Made by a program: the position numbers and the translations under genes. Shown here one piece after another: positions 8,437 to 17,934 of a DNA stretch of 64,000 bases (positions are counted from its first letter, which is position 1; each line of letters begins with the position of its first letter). Source of the stretch: an uncultured bacterium (GTDB lineage Bacteria; Babelota; Babeliae; Babelales; Vermiphilaceae); NCBI GenBank assembly GCA_963701085.1, contig OY969561.1, forward strand, positions 352,001 through 416,000, in the 5' to 3' direction. Under the pieces are notes generated by a model. That model worked only from the letters and a program-made list of their open reading frames with translations. It was not told the origin of the DNA and did no database searches.

Positions 8437-10152
8437 ATGTTAAAAAGAATAAGTATTGCAACGATATTACTTTCTTCGTTTTTAGTGCAAGCAGAAGGAG
8501 CTATGCGAGGGCATGCTGAATTTGATGTGCACGATGAAAATATTGGATTTAATAATAGTCCAAATTCAACAAGTGATATGTGTTTATTGCCAGAAATAGT
8601 TTTTGGGACAACAACAACGATATATCATGGTGCTGCGGTAGAACCAAGCATTGCTGTCAATCATAAAGATGCAAAATATATTGTTGCTGCGTGGCAACAG
8701 GATCGTATTAACAATGGTAGCTCTCTTGATCTTGGCATAGCGCGTTCAAAGGATCGTGGTAAAACGTGGAAACAAAGTCTTATACCATTCCAAAATTGTA
8801 ATGGTGGCTTTACTCAAAGAGCGACTGACGTATGGCTGAGTTATGCAGCAGATGGATCAAGCGTTTATTTGGTAGCTTTGGCGGCTAATGCAACACTTGA
8901 TATCAACACAAACAATCAATCAGGAGTTGTTACCGCTCACTCAGAAGATAATGGAAAAACATGGAGCATCCCTCATTTTGTTGCAGCAAGCCAAGAATAT
9001 AGTAATGAGCCAACAGGTTTATTTCCATTCGTTGATAAAAGTAGTATAACTGCTGACCCAAACATTGCAAGTAACGCATACGCTGTCTGGGATACGTTTC
9101 CAACGACTCTTTCATTCCATGCTGATACTTTTTTAAGCCGTACAACTGATGGTGGGCTATCATGGTCTCCTAATCAACTTATTTATAACCCGTTTCCAGA
9201 TTTAGTCGCAACAAGTTTGAGTAATGGTATCTTTAATGATTGTCAAACTATTGGTAATTTGATTGTTGGATTACCCAATGGAACATTGATCAATTTTATG
9301 GGCCGTATCTATGCAACTCCTGGTGCAACTGATCTGGAATACATAAATGATTCATTTCCTTTTCAATTTACACTGAACGATATTGCGCTTGTAAAATCTG
9401 TAGATCAAGGAGCTACCTGGACATCAACTGCAATAATAATACCATCATCGGGTGATACTAATAATGTGTATACTGGTGGCTACACCTATGACATCAGCGG
9501 AAACATTACCGGGGGAGTAGGAACACTCATACGTGTAGACGGTGAAGGTTTATTTGATGCGAATGTAAATCGAGACAATGGTAATTTGTATGTGGTATGG
9601 CAATCTAATCTATTCAGAGCGGATCAGCTGCCTCAAATTGCGCTGTCAAGATCACGCGATGGTGGCAACACATGGTCAAATCCAGTACAAGTAAATAAAA
9701 CACCATTTAATGCACCAAATCCTCAAGCATTCACTCCAGCTGTTGCGGTAGCAAAAGATGGTTATGTAGGAATCTTATATCATGATTTCCGCAACGATAC
9801 TAAATCCGATCCTAATAATACGCAGACTGATGCGTGGTTTGCTCTTTATAAAGAAGTTGCAGCCCCTAATGGCGGAAGCACTGGCGTAGGTTTGGACTTT
9901 GTTAAAGAAGTGCGTGTTTCAAAGCACTCATATATCATGCAAAATGGACCAACAACAGGTATAGGTGTTATGACCAATGGTGATTATAATCAATTAATGA
10001 CTCATGATGATGATTTTTTTGCAATTTATGTTAAATCCCATAATGGGCCATTCACTCCACCAACAACTATCTTTAATGATGGAGAAGGTACTGTATTGTT
10101 ACTTGATGATAACAAACGTACATCACCATATTTCAGTAAAATTGATTCATAA
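8437..10152 (+). CDS. Secreted sialidase-like (Asp-box/BNR repeat) beta-propeller protein
   Basis: Five Asp boxes: SKDRGKTW, SEDNGKTW, TTDGGLSW, SVDQGATW, SRDGGNTW; EPSIAVN; N-terminal signal peptide. Confidence 0.8.
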   Translation: MLKRISIATILLSSFLVQAEGAMRGHAEFDVHDENIGFNNSPNSTSDMCLLPEIVFGTTTTIYHGAAVEPSIAVNHKDAKYIVAAWQQDRINNGSSLDLGIARSKDRGKTWKQSLIPFQNCNGGFTQRATDVWLSYAADGSSVYLVALAANATLDINTNNQSGVVTAHSEDNGKTWSIPHFVAASQEYSNEPTGLFPFVDKSSITADPNIASNAYAVWDTFPTTLSFHADTFLSRTTDGGLSWSPNQLIYNPFPDLVATSLSNGIFNDCQTIGNLIVGLPNGTLINFMGRIYATPGATDLEYINDSFPFQFTLNDIALVKSVDQGATWTSTAIIIPSSGDTNNVYTGGYTYDISGNITGGVGTLIRVDGEGLFDANVNRDNGNLYVVWQSNLFRADQLPQIALSRSRDGGNTWSNPVQVNKTPFNAPNPQAFTPAVAVAKDGYVGILYHDFRNDTKSDPNNTQTDAWFALYKEVAAPNGGSTGVGLDFVKEVRVSKHSYIMQNGPTTGIGVMTNGDYNQLMTHDDDFFAIYVKSHNGPFTPPTTIFNDGEGTVLLLDDNKRTSPYFSKIDS

Positions 10153-10169
10153 TACTAGTATACAGTAAT

Positions 10170-10215
10170 AAAAAAGCCGGGCATGTGGGATTAATTTCAC
10201 ATGCCCGACTTTTTT
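10170..10215 (+). terminator. Intrinsic terminator
   Basis: aaaaaagccgggcatgtg...cacatgcccgacttttttt. Confidence 0.75.
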
Positions 10216-10481
10216 ATTTGTTAATTTTTCTATTATACCAATAATTACATTAGAAATAATCAGAAAAAATAAATTTTATATACAAAAAAAGCTTTTTTCA
10301 TTCAAAAAGTCCTGTTTTATGGCCTTTATCAGGTATAAAAAACAAGTCATTTTCTATACAGAATAGCATCTCTAGATCATCTTATTCATAGAACTTTAGC
10401 TCTTTTATTGATTTTTTAATAAAATTATTGCTAATATGAAATTGGTAATAATGTATATGTTTCAAAAAAAAGGGGATTTCT

Positions 10482-11186
10482 ATGAAGAAGGTAATTTTGG
10501 TGTTGAGTTTATTGTTGGTGGCGGGTTCAAGTCAGTGTATGTCGTCGTTGTCATCATTAACGGCTTCATTTTCAAAGGCATTGCAAAAGGGTGCACAGTC
10601 GCTTCTAACGCAAGGCAAGGATGTGATTACTAAACAGTCAAATGTATTGCTTGATCAAGCTAAAAAACAAGTGGGAACGCTTGTGGATCAGTCAAAAACG
10701 GTTTTGAATCAGGCCGTGGAACAGACAAAACAAGCAGCAATAGATAAGGCAACAGCATTAAAAAATCAAGTTACTCAAGAAGCCAGTGGAATGGCGAAAT
10801 TAGTAGCGGCTGATTTAACGAAAAAAGGTACAGCGCTTGCTATGGATACTAAGAATAAACTTGTTGAGCAGGCAAAAGCTGCTTTAAGTAAAAATCCGGT
10901 TGGTAATCAGATTTTAGCTTTCCTGAGTTATGCTGATAAACTAAAACTAGAATCGCTTACGCCAACAGAACAGGCACAATTTATTCAAGATGCTGTAATG
11001 GTAGCTGATACTACTGCACAAACGCTTGTTCAAGACACTAACCAAATAGAAAATGCAACGGTTCAAGCTGTTCAAACAGTTGGTCGACAAGCAGAAAGAG
11101 ATATTCAGATGAGTATTGATGCAAAAAGAGCTGTGGTGAAGCAAAACATATATGATTTATATGGTAAAGGTACACCTAACCAGTAA
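10482..11186 (+). CDS. Secreted alpha-helical hypothetical protein with about 11-residue amphipathic periodicity
   Basis: Signal peptide (..SSQC-M); Q/K/A-rich helices such as LLDQAKKQVGT-LVDQSKTVLNQ-AVEQTKQAAID. Confidence 0.7.
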   Translation: MKKVILVLSLLLVAGSSQCMSSLSSLTASFSKALQKGAQSLLTQGKDVITKQSNVLLDQAKKQVGTLVDQSKTVLNQAVEQTKQAAIDKATALKNQVTQEASGMAKLVAADLTKKGTALAMDTKNKLVEQAKAALSKNPVGNQILAFLSYADKLKLESLTPTEQAQFIQDAVMVADTTAQTLVQDTNQIENATVQAVQTVGRQAERDIQMSIDAKRAVVKQNIYDLYGKGTPNQ

Positions 11187-11207
11187 TTAAAAGCAGTAAG
11201 TTTTTTA

Positions 11208-11238
11208 AAAAAGAGGTTTCGCAAGAAGCCTCTTTTTT
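11208..11238 (+). terminator. Intrinsic terminator
   Basis: aaaaagaggtttc-gcaa-gaagcctctttttt. Confidence 0.7.
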
Positions 11239-11310
11239 ATTGGGTAGAGGCTTTTTTTGAAAAAATCACTACACTATACTATGAACCTATCCCTAAACTA
11301 ATTTTTTTCT

Positions 11311-11385
11311 GCGCTCGCCCTGAACTTGTTGAAGGGTTTTCTTCGAGCGCTCAAAGATATCCTTCGACAGGCTCAGGACGAGCGC
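11311..11385. repeat. REP-like palindromic element, copy A
   Basis: 25-bp arms gcgctcgccctgaacttgttgaagg / ccttcgacaggctcaggacgagcgc (4 mismatches); related to copies at 14375 and 32073. Confidence 0.8.
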
Positions 11386-11456
11386 GGGAACATAAGAGGT
11401 CGGGCTGGTTTAACGATTTCTATTATGTATTCTTTAGTATCCATTTTTTCAGGAAT

Positions 11457-14397
11457 ATGCCTATGGCTGAACAAAATAATCAAAAAAAGAGCTTTAAAGA
11501 CACGCTTAATTTACCGCACACTAACTTCCCTATTCGTCCTAATCACAAAGAAGATGATGCGCTTATGCTCAAGCGCTGGGAAAGTGAAAATCTTTATAAA
11601 CGTTCCTTTAACGCCCATAAGGGCGAAAAGAAGTTTATTTTGCACGATGGTCCCCCTTACGCAAATGGACACATTCATATTGGGCATGCATATAATAAGA
11701 TTTTAAAAGATATTGTGTGCAAATCACAGCGCATGATGGGTAAGCATGTTCCGGTAACACCAGGTTGGGATTGCCATGGATTGCCGATTGAATTTGCGGT
11801 AAAAAAAGAAAATCCTGAACTTTCTGGCGATGCGTTAAAAAAAGCATGTCGTGAATATGCGCAAAAATGGATTGATGTTCAAAAGTATGAGTTTAAACAA
11901 CTCGGTGTTCTCATGGATTGGGATAATCCTTATCTCACCATGAATTTTGAGTATGAAGCGCGCACGTTGAATGCGTTTGGGATACTCGTAGAGAATGGCT
12001 ACATTGAGCGTAAAAATAAAACCGTTCCTTGGTGCCCTACATGCCAAACAGTACTTGCATCAGCAGAAATTGAATATCAAGATCGTAAAGATCCTTCTCT
12101 CTACGTGCTATTTACGCTGCAACAAGATGTTTGTGAAGCATTATTTCCACAATTAACCAATAAACCAATAAGCCTTCTTGTGTGGACAACAACACCGTGG
12201 ACCTTGCCACTTAACCGTGCTGTTTTATTAAAACCAAATACAGAATATGCAGTTCTTGAAACAGAAAATGATTATGTTATTGTTGGTAAATCTCGTGCAA
12301 ATGCTATTGCGCAACTATTAAATATTTCAAAAGATAGCGTTGCAATGTTTAATTCACAGGAGTTAGTGGCATTGCAGGCGCAGGTAGCACATCCGCTTAT
12401 TCCTGATTTTTTTACGCCGGTGTTAGTGGATGATTCTGTATTAACTGATGATGGTACGGCATGCGTGCACAGCGCTCCTGGTGTTGGACCTATTGATTAT
12501 GAAGTTGGTATCAAAAACAATTTAGAAATTTATTCTCCCATCAGCCCTGATGGTCATTATACAAAAGATATTGCTATCGCAGAATTAGTTGGAATGCCTG
12601 TTGCAAATGCTCATGGTTGGGTTATCCAAAAACTGACTGAAGCTAACACATTAGTACTCAAAGCAAGCATAAAGCATTCATATCCTCACTGTTGGCGTTG
12701 TCGTGGTGGGTTGATCTTCCGTGCAACAAAGCAGTGGTTTTGTGATTTATCGCGCAATGATCTCAAAGAAAAAGCTTGTGCAGCAATCTCACGCATTACC
12801 ATGTTGCCTGAAGCATCACACAACCGTTTTGAGGCGACCATAGAAGGACGTTTAGAATGGTGTCTTTCTCGCCAACGTGCGTGGGGTGTGCCAATTACCG
12901 CACTCATCTGTGATAAATGTGATTATACGTATATTACTAAAGAATTTATTGATGAGATTGCACAAAAAGTTGCACAGCATGGTATTGGATACTGGGATAA
13001 CGTTTCAGCAGAAACTGTTAAAAGCGCTCCAACAAGCTGTCCACAATGCATAACGGGTGTTCTCCGGAAAGAAACAGATATTCTTGATGTATGGTTTGAT
13101 TCAGGCATTAGTCATTATGCTGTATTACAACAAAATCCTGCACTGCAATTTCCAGCAGATATGTACCTTGAAGGCAAAGATCAGCACCGCGGCTGGTTTC
13201 AGAGTTCGTTACTCACGAGTATGATTATTGAACAAACACCATGTACAAAATCAATCGTAACGCATGGATTTACCGTTGATGAACATGGGCGCAAAATGTC
13301 AAAATCTTTGGGCAATGTTGTGGCTCCACAGGAAATTATTGATCGTTTGGGCACTGATGGATTACGCTTATGGGCATCAAGTATTGATAACGCTGGTGAT
13401 GCTGTAGTGTCTGAAGTGTTACTCAAAAATGTTCAAGAAGTATTTCGTAAAATCAGAAATACATGTCGTTTTTTACTTTCCAACATCAATGATTTTGATC
13501 TAGCTACGGATGCTATTCTTTTGGAAAAAATGCAATCAATTGATCAGTATGCAATGCAAGAGCTTTTTGAATTACATGAAGAGGTTATGCATGCGTATGT
13601 GGATTACAATTTTACACGCGTGTTTCATCTGCTTGGTAATTATTGTTCTGTTAATTTAAGTGCCTTTTATTTAGATATTGTAAAAGATAGACTGTATGTT
13701 GAAAAAAAAGATGGTTTAGAGCGACGTTCTGCGCAAACAGTTTGTGCACATATTCTTGATACATTAACAAAACTTATGGCGCCAATTTTATCATTTACCG
13801 CAGAGCAGATTTCTGATGAGTATCAAAAAGATAAAACTGATTCTATTCATTTGCAGCAGTTTTCTGTTGTGCATAATGTGTGGGAACAGTTAGCTCAACG
13901 AAGTTCTCTACAAAATCCTGCACCACATATCAGCGTTTTTTTTCAATCATTGCTCGATAAAATGGATGCAATTACAGTCACGGCATAAGCAAGAAGATGC
14001 TTGGGAAATATTAAAAAACATTCGTTCTGCGTTATTAAAGGCAATTGAACTGCAACGTGAAAAGCAAATCGTAAAGCATTCATTAGAAGCCCAGGTTACA
14101 TTGTATATTGATCCTGCAGCTGATTTCGCTGAAAAAATAAACAATTTCTTCATGAGTATGAATGAAAAAGGTGAAAGTACGGAAAGCTTTGTGAAAGAGT
14201 TTTTAATTGTATCGCAAATTACGGTGCAATCTGATACAACAAACTTGGAAGAAACAGAATTAAAAGGGCTCTACGCACGCGTTGAACATGCAGAAGGTGT
14301 GAAATGTCCTCGTTGCTGGCAATGGGATGTTACAAGTGATCCTGATGATTTATGCAATCGATGTAAGACAATCGTTCGATACATTCTCCTCAATTAA
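11457..14397 (+). CDS. ileS: Isoleucine--tRNA ligase, about 979 aa, with one apparent frameshift at about 13930-13988
   Basis: LHDGPPYANGHIHIGH (HIGH), GWDCHGLP, DQHRGWF, KMSKS; the downstream ORF carries the C-terminal zinc finger KCPRCW...LCNRC; the frames differ by one base. Confidence 0.95.
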
Positions 14398-14506
14398 AAT
14401 TTCGGAGAACACTCAGGATGAGCGGGGGATGAAATATTGAGACTTCTAAGAACTAAATTCTCTAACTCCGCTCGCCCTGAGTGCCCCGAAGGGGTGTATC
14501 GAAGGG
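14375..14506. repeat. REP-like palindromic element, copy B (overlaps the ileS 3' end)
   Basis: Left arm ttcgatac[hairpin]cactcaggatgagcgg; right arm ccgctcgccctgagtg[ccccgaagggg]tgtatcgaaggg. Confidence 0.8.
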
Positions 14507-14514
14507 TGTGATAT

Positions 14515-14548
14515 AAAAAAAGGCTTGCAAATTAATGCAGGCCTTTTT
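14515..14548. terminator. Bidirectional terminator between convergent ileS and the 14553 gene
   Basis: aaaaaaaggcttgca-aattaa-tgcaggccttttt. Confidence 0.7.
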
Positions 14549-14552
14549 ATGT

Positions 14553-16448
14553 TTAGAATGTTATAACATTGTTATCTTCAACAACAGGAGCTTCTGGTGC
14601 GGGAGCTTCTTCCTTTTTCTTTGGTACGACTGGAACTTCACTTTTCTTTGTCATGAATTTTTTCATATCATCAAAAAGCTTATCAATTTTTGTTTTAATC
14701 TCGAACAAAGATACAGGTGTGCCAATATCTGTTGTCAATTTGTTAGTTGTGTCATCTACAGGAAGTTCTGCGAGCTCACCACCAAAATATGCCCATTGTT
14801 TTTCTTTTGAAAGGGTTGCTATATCTATCTTAGCTTTAGGTTTTTCACCTTCTTTGGCAGGATGTTTTTTAGCTTGCTCTTCTTCTTCCTTGATCTTATC
14901 TGCTGTGCTAAAAGCACTGATCTCTTTCTGTAGTTGCTCTAGCTCTTTTTTATTTTTGTCAAAAGCTTTTTGCACTTCGCGTTGATAGTGAGATAAATCA
15001 CCTGGCGTCAGCTTTTTCTTATCGATTGTCTCAAGAGCTGTATTCATCGCGTCCAATTTTGTATCTACAATTTTTGGCAGTGTTGAGCCAGCAAGAATAA
15101 TATCAACATCTGATTCATTTATTGTATCAGCAAGTTTAGCCAGTTTGGTTGGATTTCCTTCTTCATCAACCATAGCGCCCTTAATATCATCAAAGCCTGT
15201 TTTGATATCTGCAATTGCTCGTTCAATTTCATGCTCAGGTACAAAGCGTGGTTGTTCTTTTTTGCCTTTGTCCTTATCGCCTTCTTCTTCTTCTTTTCCT
15301 TTATTGCCACCACCGGTTGATCCGCCGCTACCACCAGCACCACCACCGCCGCTCGGTTTACCTGCACCTGCGCCAATATCAGATCCAGATGATCCATAAT
15401 CAGGAGAAGATCCATATTGACCATATGAATCATATGGATTGTAGCCATAGTCACCACCATAATATTGAGGATAACCATAACCATAATCATATCCCATTGA
15501 TCCGGCTTCTACACCCGCAGGTTCACTTGGTGCTGCAGGATAACGTACTCCACGTGCACTTTCAAGTGCTCGTTTATTGGCAGCTTCTTCAGCAGCACGT
15601 ATTTTTTCTGCTTCTGGTGCATATTTTTCAAAAAGTGTATCAAGGGATTTTGGAATCGTGAGTAAATAAAAGCTTTCAGTATATTTTTTGAGTATATCTT
15701 TTATTACAGTTTTTGATTGAGCACTCAATTTTTGAATGCCAAATTCAGGAAGATTAATGGTTGGTACAAGAGCGTTGAGTGATGTTTGCAGTTCAATAAG
15801 GTTGTTATAGAGCGCTTCATCTGCGATGAGTTCTAAAAGATATTTATACTTTTTGGTATCAAGATCTTGTTCTTCTGCTTTATAAAGTTTGTGAACCAAT
15901 GCTTCAAGTTCTAATTTGAAAGTATTCCACTGTGCTCCTGCTTGCCAATTGCTAATGTCTCCTTTAGTGCCCCAACGAGTTATGCGGTTAGGTAATTCAG
16001 CAGAGCTGTTAATTAAAACCATAAACAAATTGGATTGTTTAATGATGTCATCAAGAATTTTAAGGGCTGTTTCAACTTTTTTCTTATCCTCAGCGCTGAG
16101 GGTAACTCCAACAACTTCTTGTACTATTTGTTGTGTTTCTGTAAATGGATTTGGTTCCACTGTTGGTTCTTCTGCAAACATTTCACCAAGGAACTTTTCA
16201 AATTCGTCTTCATTCATGTTTTCAAACATTCGTGACATTTCTTCAACTTGGCGATTAAATTCTGCTTGTTCTGCTGGGGGGAGACTTGAAACAAATTCTT
16301 CTATAGCTTTGTTTGCTTCTTCGAGTTCTTTTTCAAAATCTTGCATTTGCTGCACGCCCATTTTCTGTTGGCCGGCCATCAGAATTGGTGAGTGTGCACA
16401 GCAAGCTACGCTCATGAGTATGTTTAAAAACATTGCGCGATACGTCAT
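14553..16448 (-). CDS. Hypothetical protein: signal peptide, acidic coiled coils, central Tyr/Gly/Ser low-complexity linker
   Basis: 631-aa ORF; N-terminal hydrophobic stretch; GYDYGYGYPQYYGGDYGYNPYDSYGQYGSSPDYG followed by a Gly-rich tract. Confidence 0.75.
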   Translation of the reverse strand: MTYRAMFLNILMSVACCAHSPILMAGQQKMGVQQMQDFEKELEEANKAIEEFVSSLPPAEQAEFNRQVEEMSRMFENMNEDEFEKFLGEMFAEEPTVEPNPFTETQQIVQEVVGVTLSAEDKKKVETALKILDDIIKQSNLFMVLINSSAELPNRITRWGTKGDISNWQAGAQWNTFKLELEALVHKLYKAEEQDLDTKKYKYLLELIADEALYNNLIELQTSLNALVPTINLPEFGIQKLSAQSKTVIKDILKKYTESFYLLTIPKSLDTLFEKYAPEAEKIRAAEEAANKRALESARGVRYPAAPSEPAGVEAGSMGYDYGYGYPQYYGGDYGYNPYDSYGQYGSSPDYGSSGSDIGAGAGKPSGGGGAGGSGGSTGGGNKGKEEEEGDKDKGKKEQPRFVPEHEIERAIADIKTGFDDIKGAMVDEEGNPTKLAKLADTINESDVDIILAGSTLPKIVDTKLDAMNTALETIDKKKLTPGDLSHYQREVQKAFDKNKKELEQLQKEISAFSTADKIKEEEEQAKKHPAKEGEKPKAKIDIATLSKEKQWAYFGGELAELPVDDTTNKLTTDIGTPVSLFEIKTKIDKLFDDMKKFMTKKSEVPVVPKKKEEAPAPEAPVVEDNNVITF

Positions 16449-16576
16449 AATGAATACCTTTTCATTCTTATTGTGTTAAACGTCATTGATCTATTGCATC
16501 AATTTTTACTTTGTCGGTATAGTCTACATAACTTTTTAATGCAAAACTATTGTTTTGACCAAAGGTATATGTAGTG

Positions 16577-16780
16577 ATGAAACCTAAAAATGGATTTCTC
16601 CTTGTTGAGCTTATGATTGGATTGGCAATTTCAAGTTTTTTTATTGGAATCATAACTCATTATATAATTGAAGTTAAACTCACGCAACAGAAAGCCCTGA
16701 AGAGGGTTGAGGATTTTTCTGCCGTTCGCAATAAAAAAGAGAAAGGTCTTGCAAAAAAATATGGCGATACATATGCGTAA
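16577..16780 (+). CDS. Small type IV (pseudo)pilin-like protein
   Basis: Class III signal KNG|FLLVELMIGLAI with Glu5. Confidence 0.75.
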   Translation: MKPKNGFLLVELMIGLAISSFFIGIITHYIIEVKLTQQKALKRVEDFSAVRNKKEKGLAKKYGDTYA

Positions 16781-17255
16781 TAAAAAAGGCTTTTCGTTGT
16801 TATCATTTTTACTGTATCTCATGCTTTTTACCATGATAACGTTTTTCTCTTGTCATATAATTTTATCGCTTATTATTCCTTCTCTTAGATCAATACGTAA
16901 ATGCCAATCAATTATTGCATTGCATATTGCCTCAGATCTTTTTGTGCGGGATGTACGTGCGGGTATACATGATTGGAAGTTGATTACATCTCAAGAGCTG
17001 GTGTGGCAAACAGGTGACCAAGCTGTTGGTTGGTGTTTTTCCAATAATCGCTTAGAAAGGAGCACGGGGATGTATGATCAGGGGTGGAAAAGTAAAACGA
17101 CCAGTATTGTTGCTGCGGGTATTGCGCATGTCGTTTTTACGGTTGAAAAAGCCTATGATCAAATCATTGGTATAGAAATGGTTTTAACACCGATGATTAC
17201 TTCAAAAAAGCCTGTTATTTGTTATGTTGCGGTTAAAAAAGGGGGGCAAATATGA
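16773..17255 (+). CDS. Minor (pseudo)pilin-like protein
   Basis: MRNKKG|FSLLSFLLYL (no Glu5); ATG at 16773 overlaps the previous gene. Confidence 0.65.
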   Translation: MRNKKGFSLLSFLLYLMLFTMITFFSCHIILSLIIPSLRSIRKCQSIIALHIASDLFVRDVRAGIHDWKLITSQELVWQTGDQAVGWCFSNNRLERSTGMYDQGWKSKTTSIVAAGIAHVVFTVEKAYDQIIGIEMVLTPMITSKKPVICYVAVKKGGQI

Positions 17256-17392
17256 AAATTGGTTCAATAGTTCTCACAACGCTTATTATTATGACAGCCC
17301 TGGTTGTTATTGTTCATTCAGCAATGCGTGCCAGCTCATATCTTATATTATTAGCTCGGGAACGGGAGATTGTTGAGCAAAAAAGCTTATAA
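17252..17392 (+). CDS. Tiny PilX/ComGG-like minor pilin (46 aa)
   Basis: Manual translation MKIG|SIVLTTLIIMTALVVIVHSAMRASSYLILLAREREIVEQKSL; ATGA overlap with the previous stop; G-rich RBS. Confidence 0.55.
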   Translation: MKIGSIVLTTLIIMTALVVIVHSAMRASSYLILLAREREIVEQKSL

Positions 17393-17484
17393 ATCCCTTG
17401 TTTTCAACAATGTTTTTTTAAGATATACTAAAAGTATCGATAAAAAGGCAAAAAAACATACTGAATCGTCAAAAGGAGCATAAG

Positions 17485-17928
17485 ATGGAAGTATACCTAC
17501 GCAAAGATGTCGAAAAAATAGGGATGGCTGGAGAAATTATTAAGGTTGGGGACGGTTTTGCCCGCAATTTTCTTCTCCCTCAAGGCCTTGCTGTTGAAAT
17601 TACTAGTCATAATAAAAGCCAATATATTGCTAAAATTCGTAATATTGAGAACCGTAAAGAAGTAATCGCTTCTCAAACTTCTATGTTTGCAGATAAATTA
17701 AGCAATGTTTCCATTACTTTAAAACGTAAAATGCATGATGATGGCCAATTATACGGTTCAATTAATGCATCAGAAATAGTTGATGCTCTTGCTGAAAAAG
17801 GGATTAGTATTACCAAAGGCCAAGTAGAGTTTGGTAAATCTATCAAATCAAAGGGTACTTTTAAGGTAGAAATTAAGTTAACGACAAAATTAAAAGCATC
17901 TATAACAGTAACCATTATAGCTGAATAG
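17485..17928 (+). CDS. rplI: 50S ribosomal protein L9
   Basis: DVEKIGMAGEIIKVGDGFARNFLLPQGLA, GQLYGSI; directly upstream of dnaB. Confidence 0.97.
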   Translation: MEVYLRKDVEKIGMAGEIIKVGDGFARNFLLPQGLAVEITSHNKSQYIAKIRNIENRKEVIASQTSMFADKLSNVSITLKRKMHDDGQLYGSINASEIVDALAEKGISITKGQVEFGKSIKSKGTFKVEIKLTTKLKASITVTIIAE

Positions 17929-17934
17929 CCTACT

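Noticed and set aside
11311-11456. T-box riboswitch or attenuator upstream of ileS
   Set aside because: No T-box consensus or specifier stem recognised; the hairpin belongs to the dispersed REP-like family
11326-11706. 126-aa ORF overlapping the ileS start
   Set aside because: It begins inside the palindromic element (LRQAQDER is its translation) and runs out of frame over ileS
13930-13990. Programmed ribosomal frameshift or naturally split ileS
   Set aside because: No stimulatory structure is evident, and several similar indels elsewhere make sequencing error the simpler explanation
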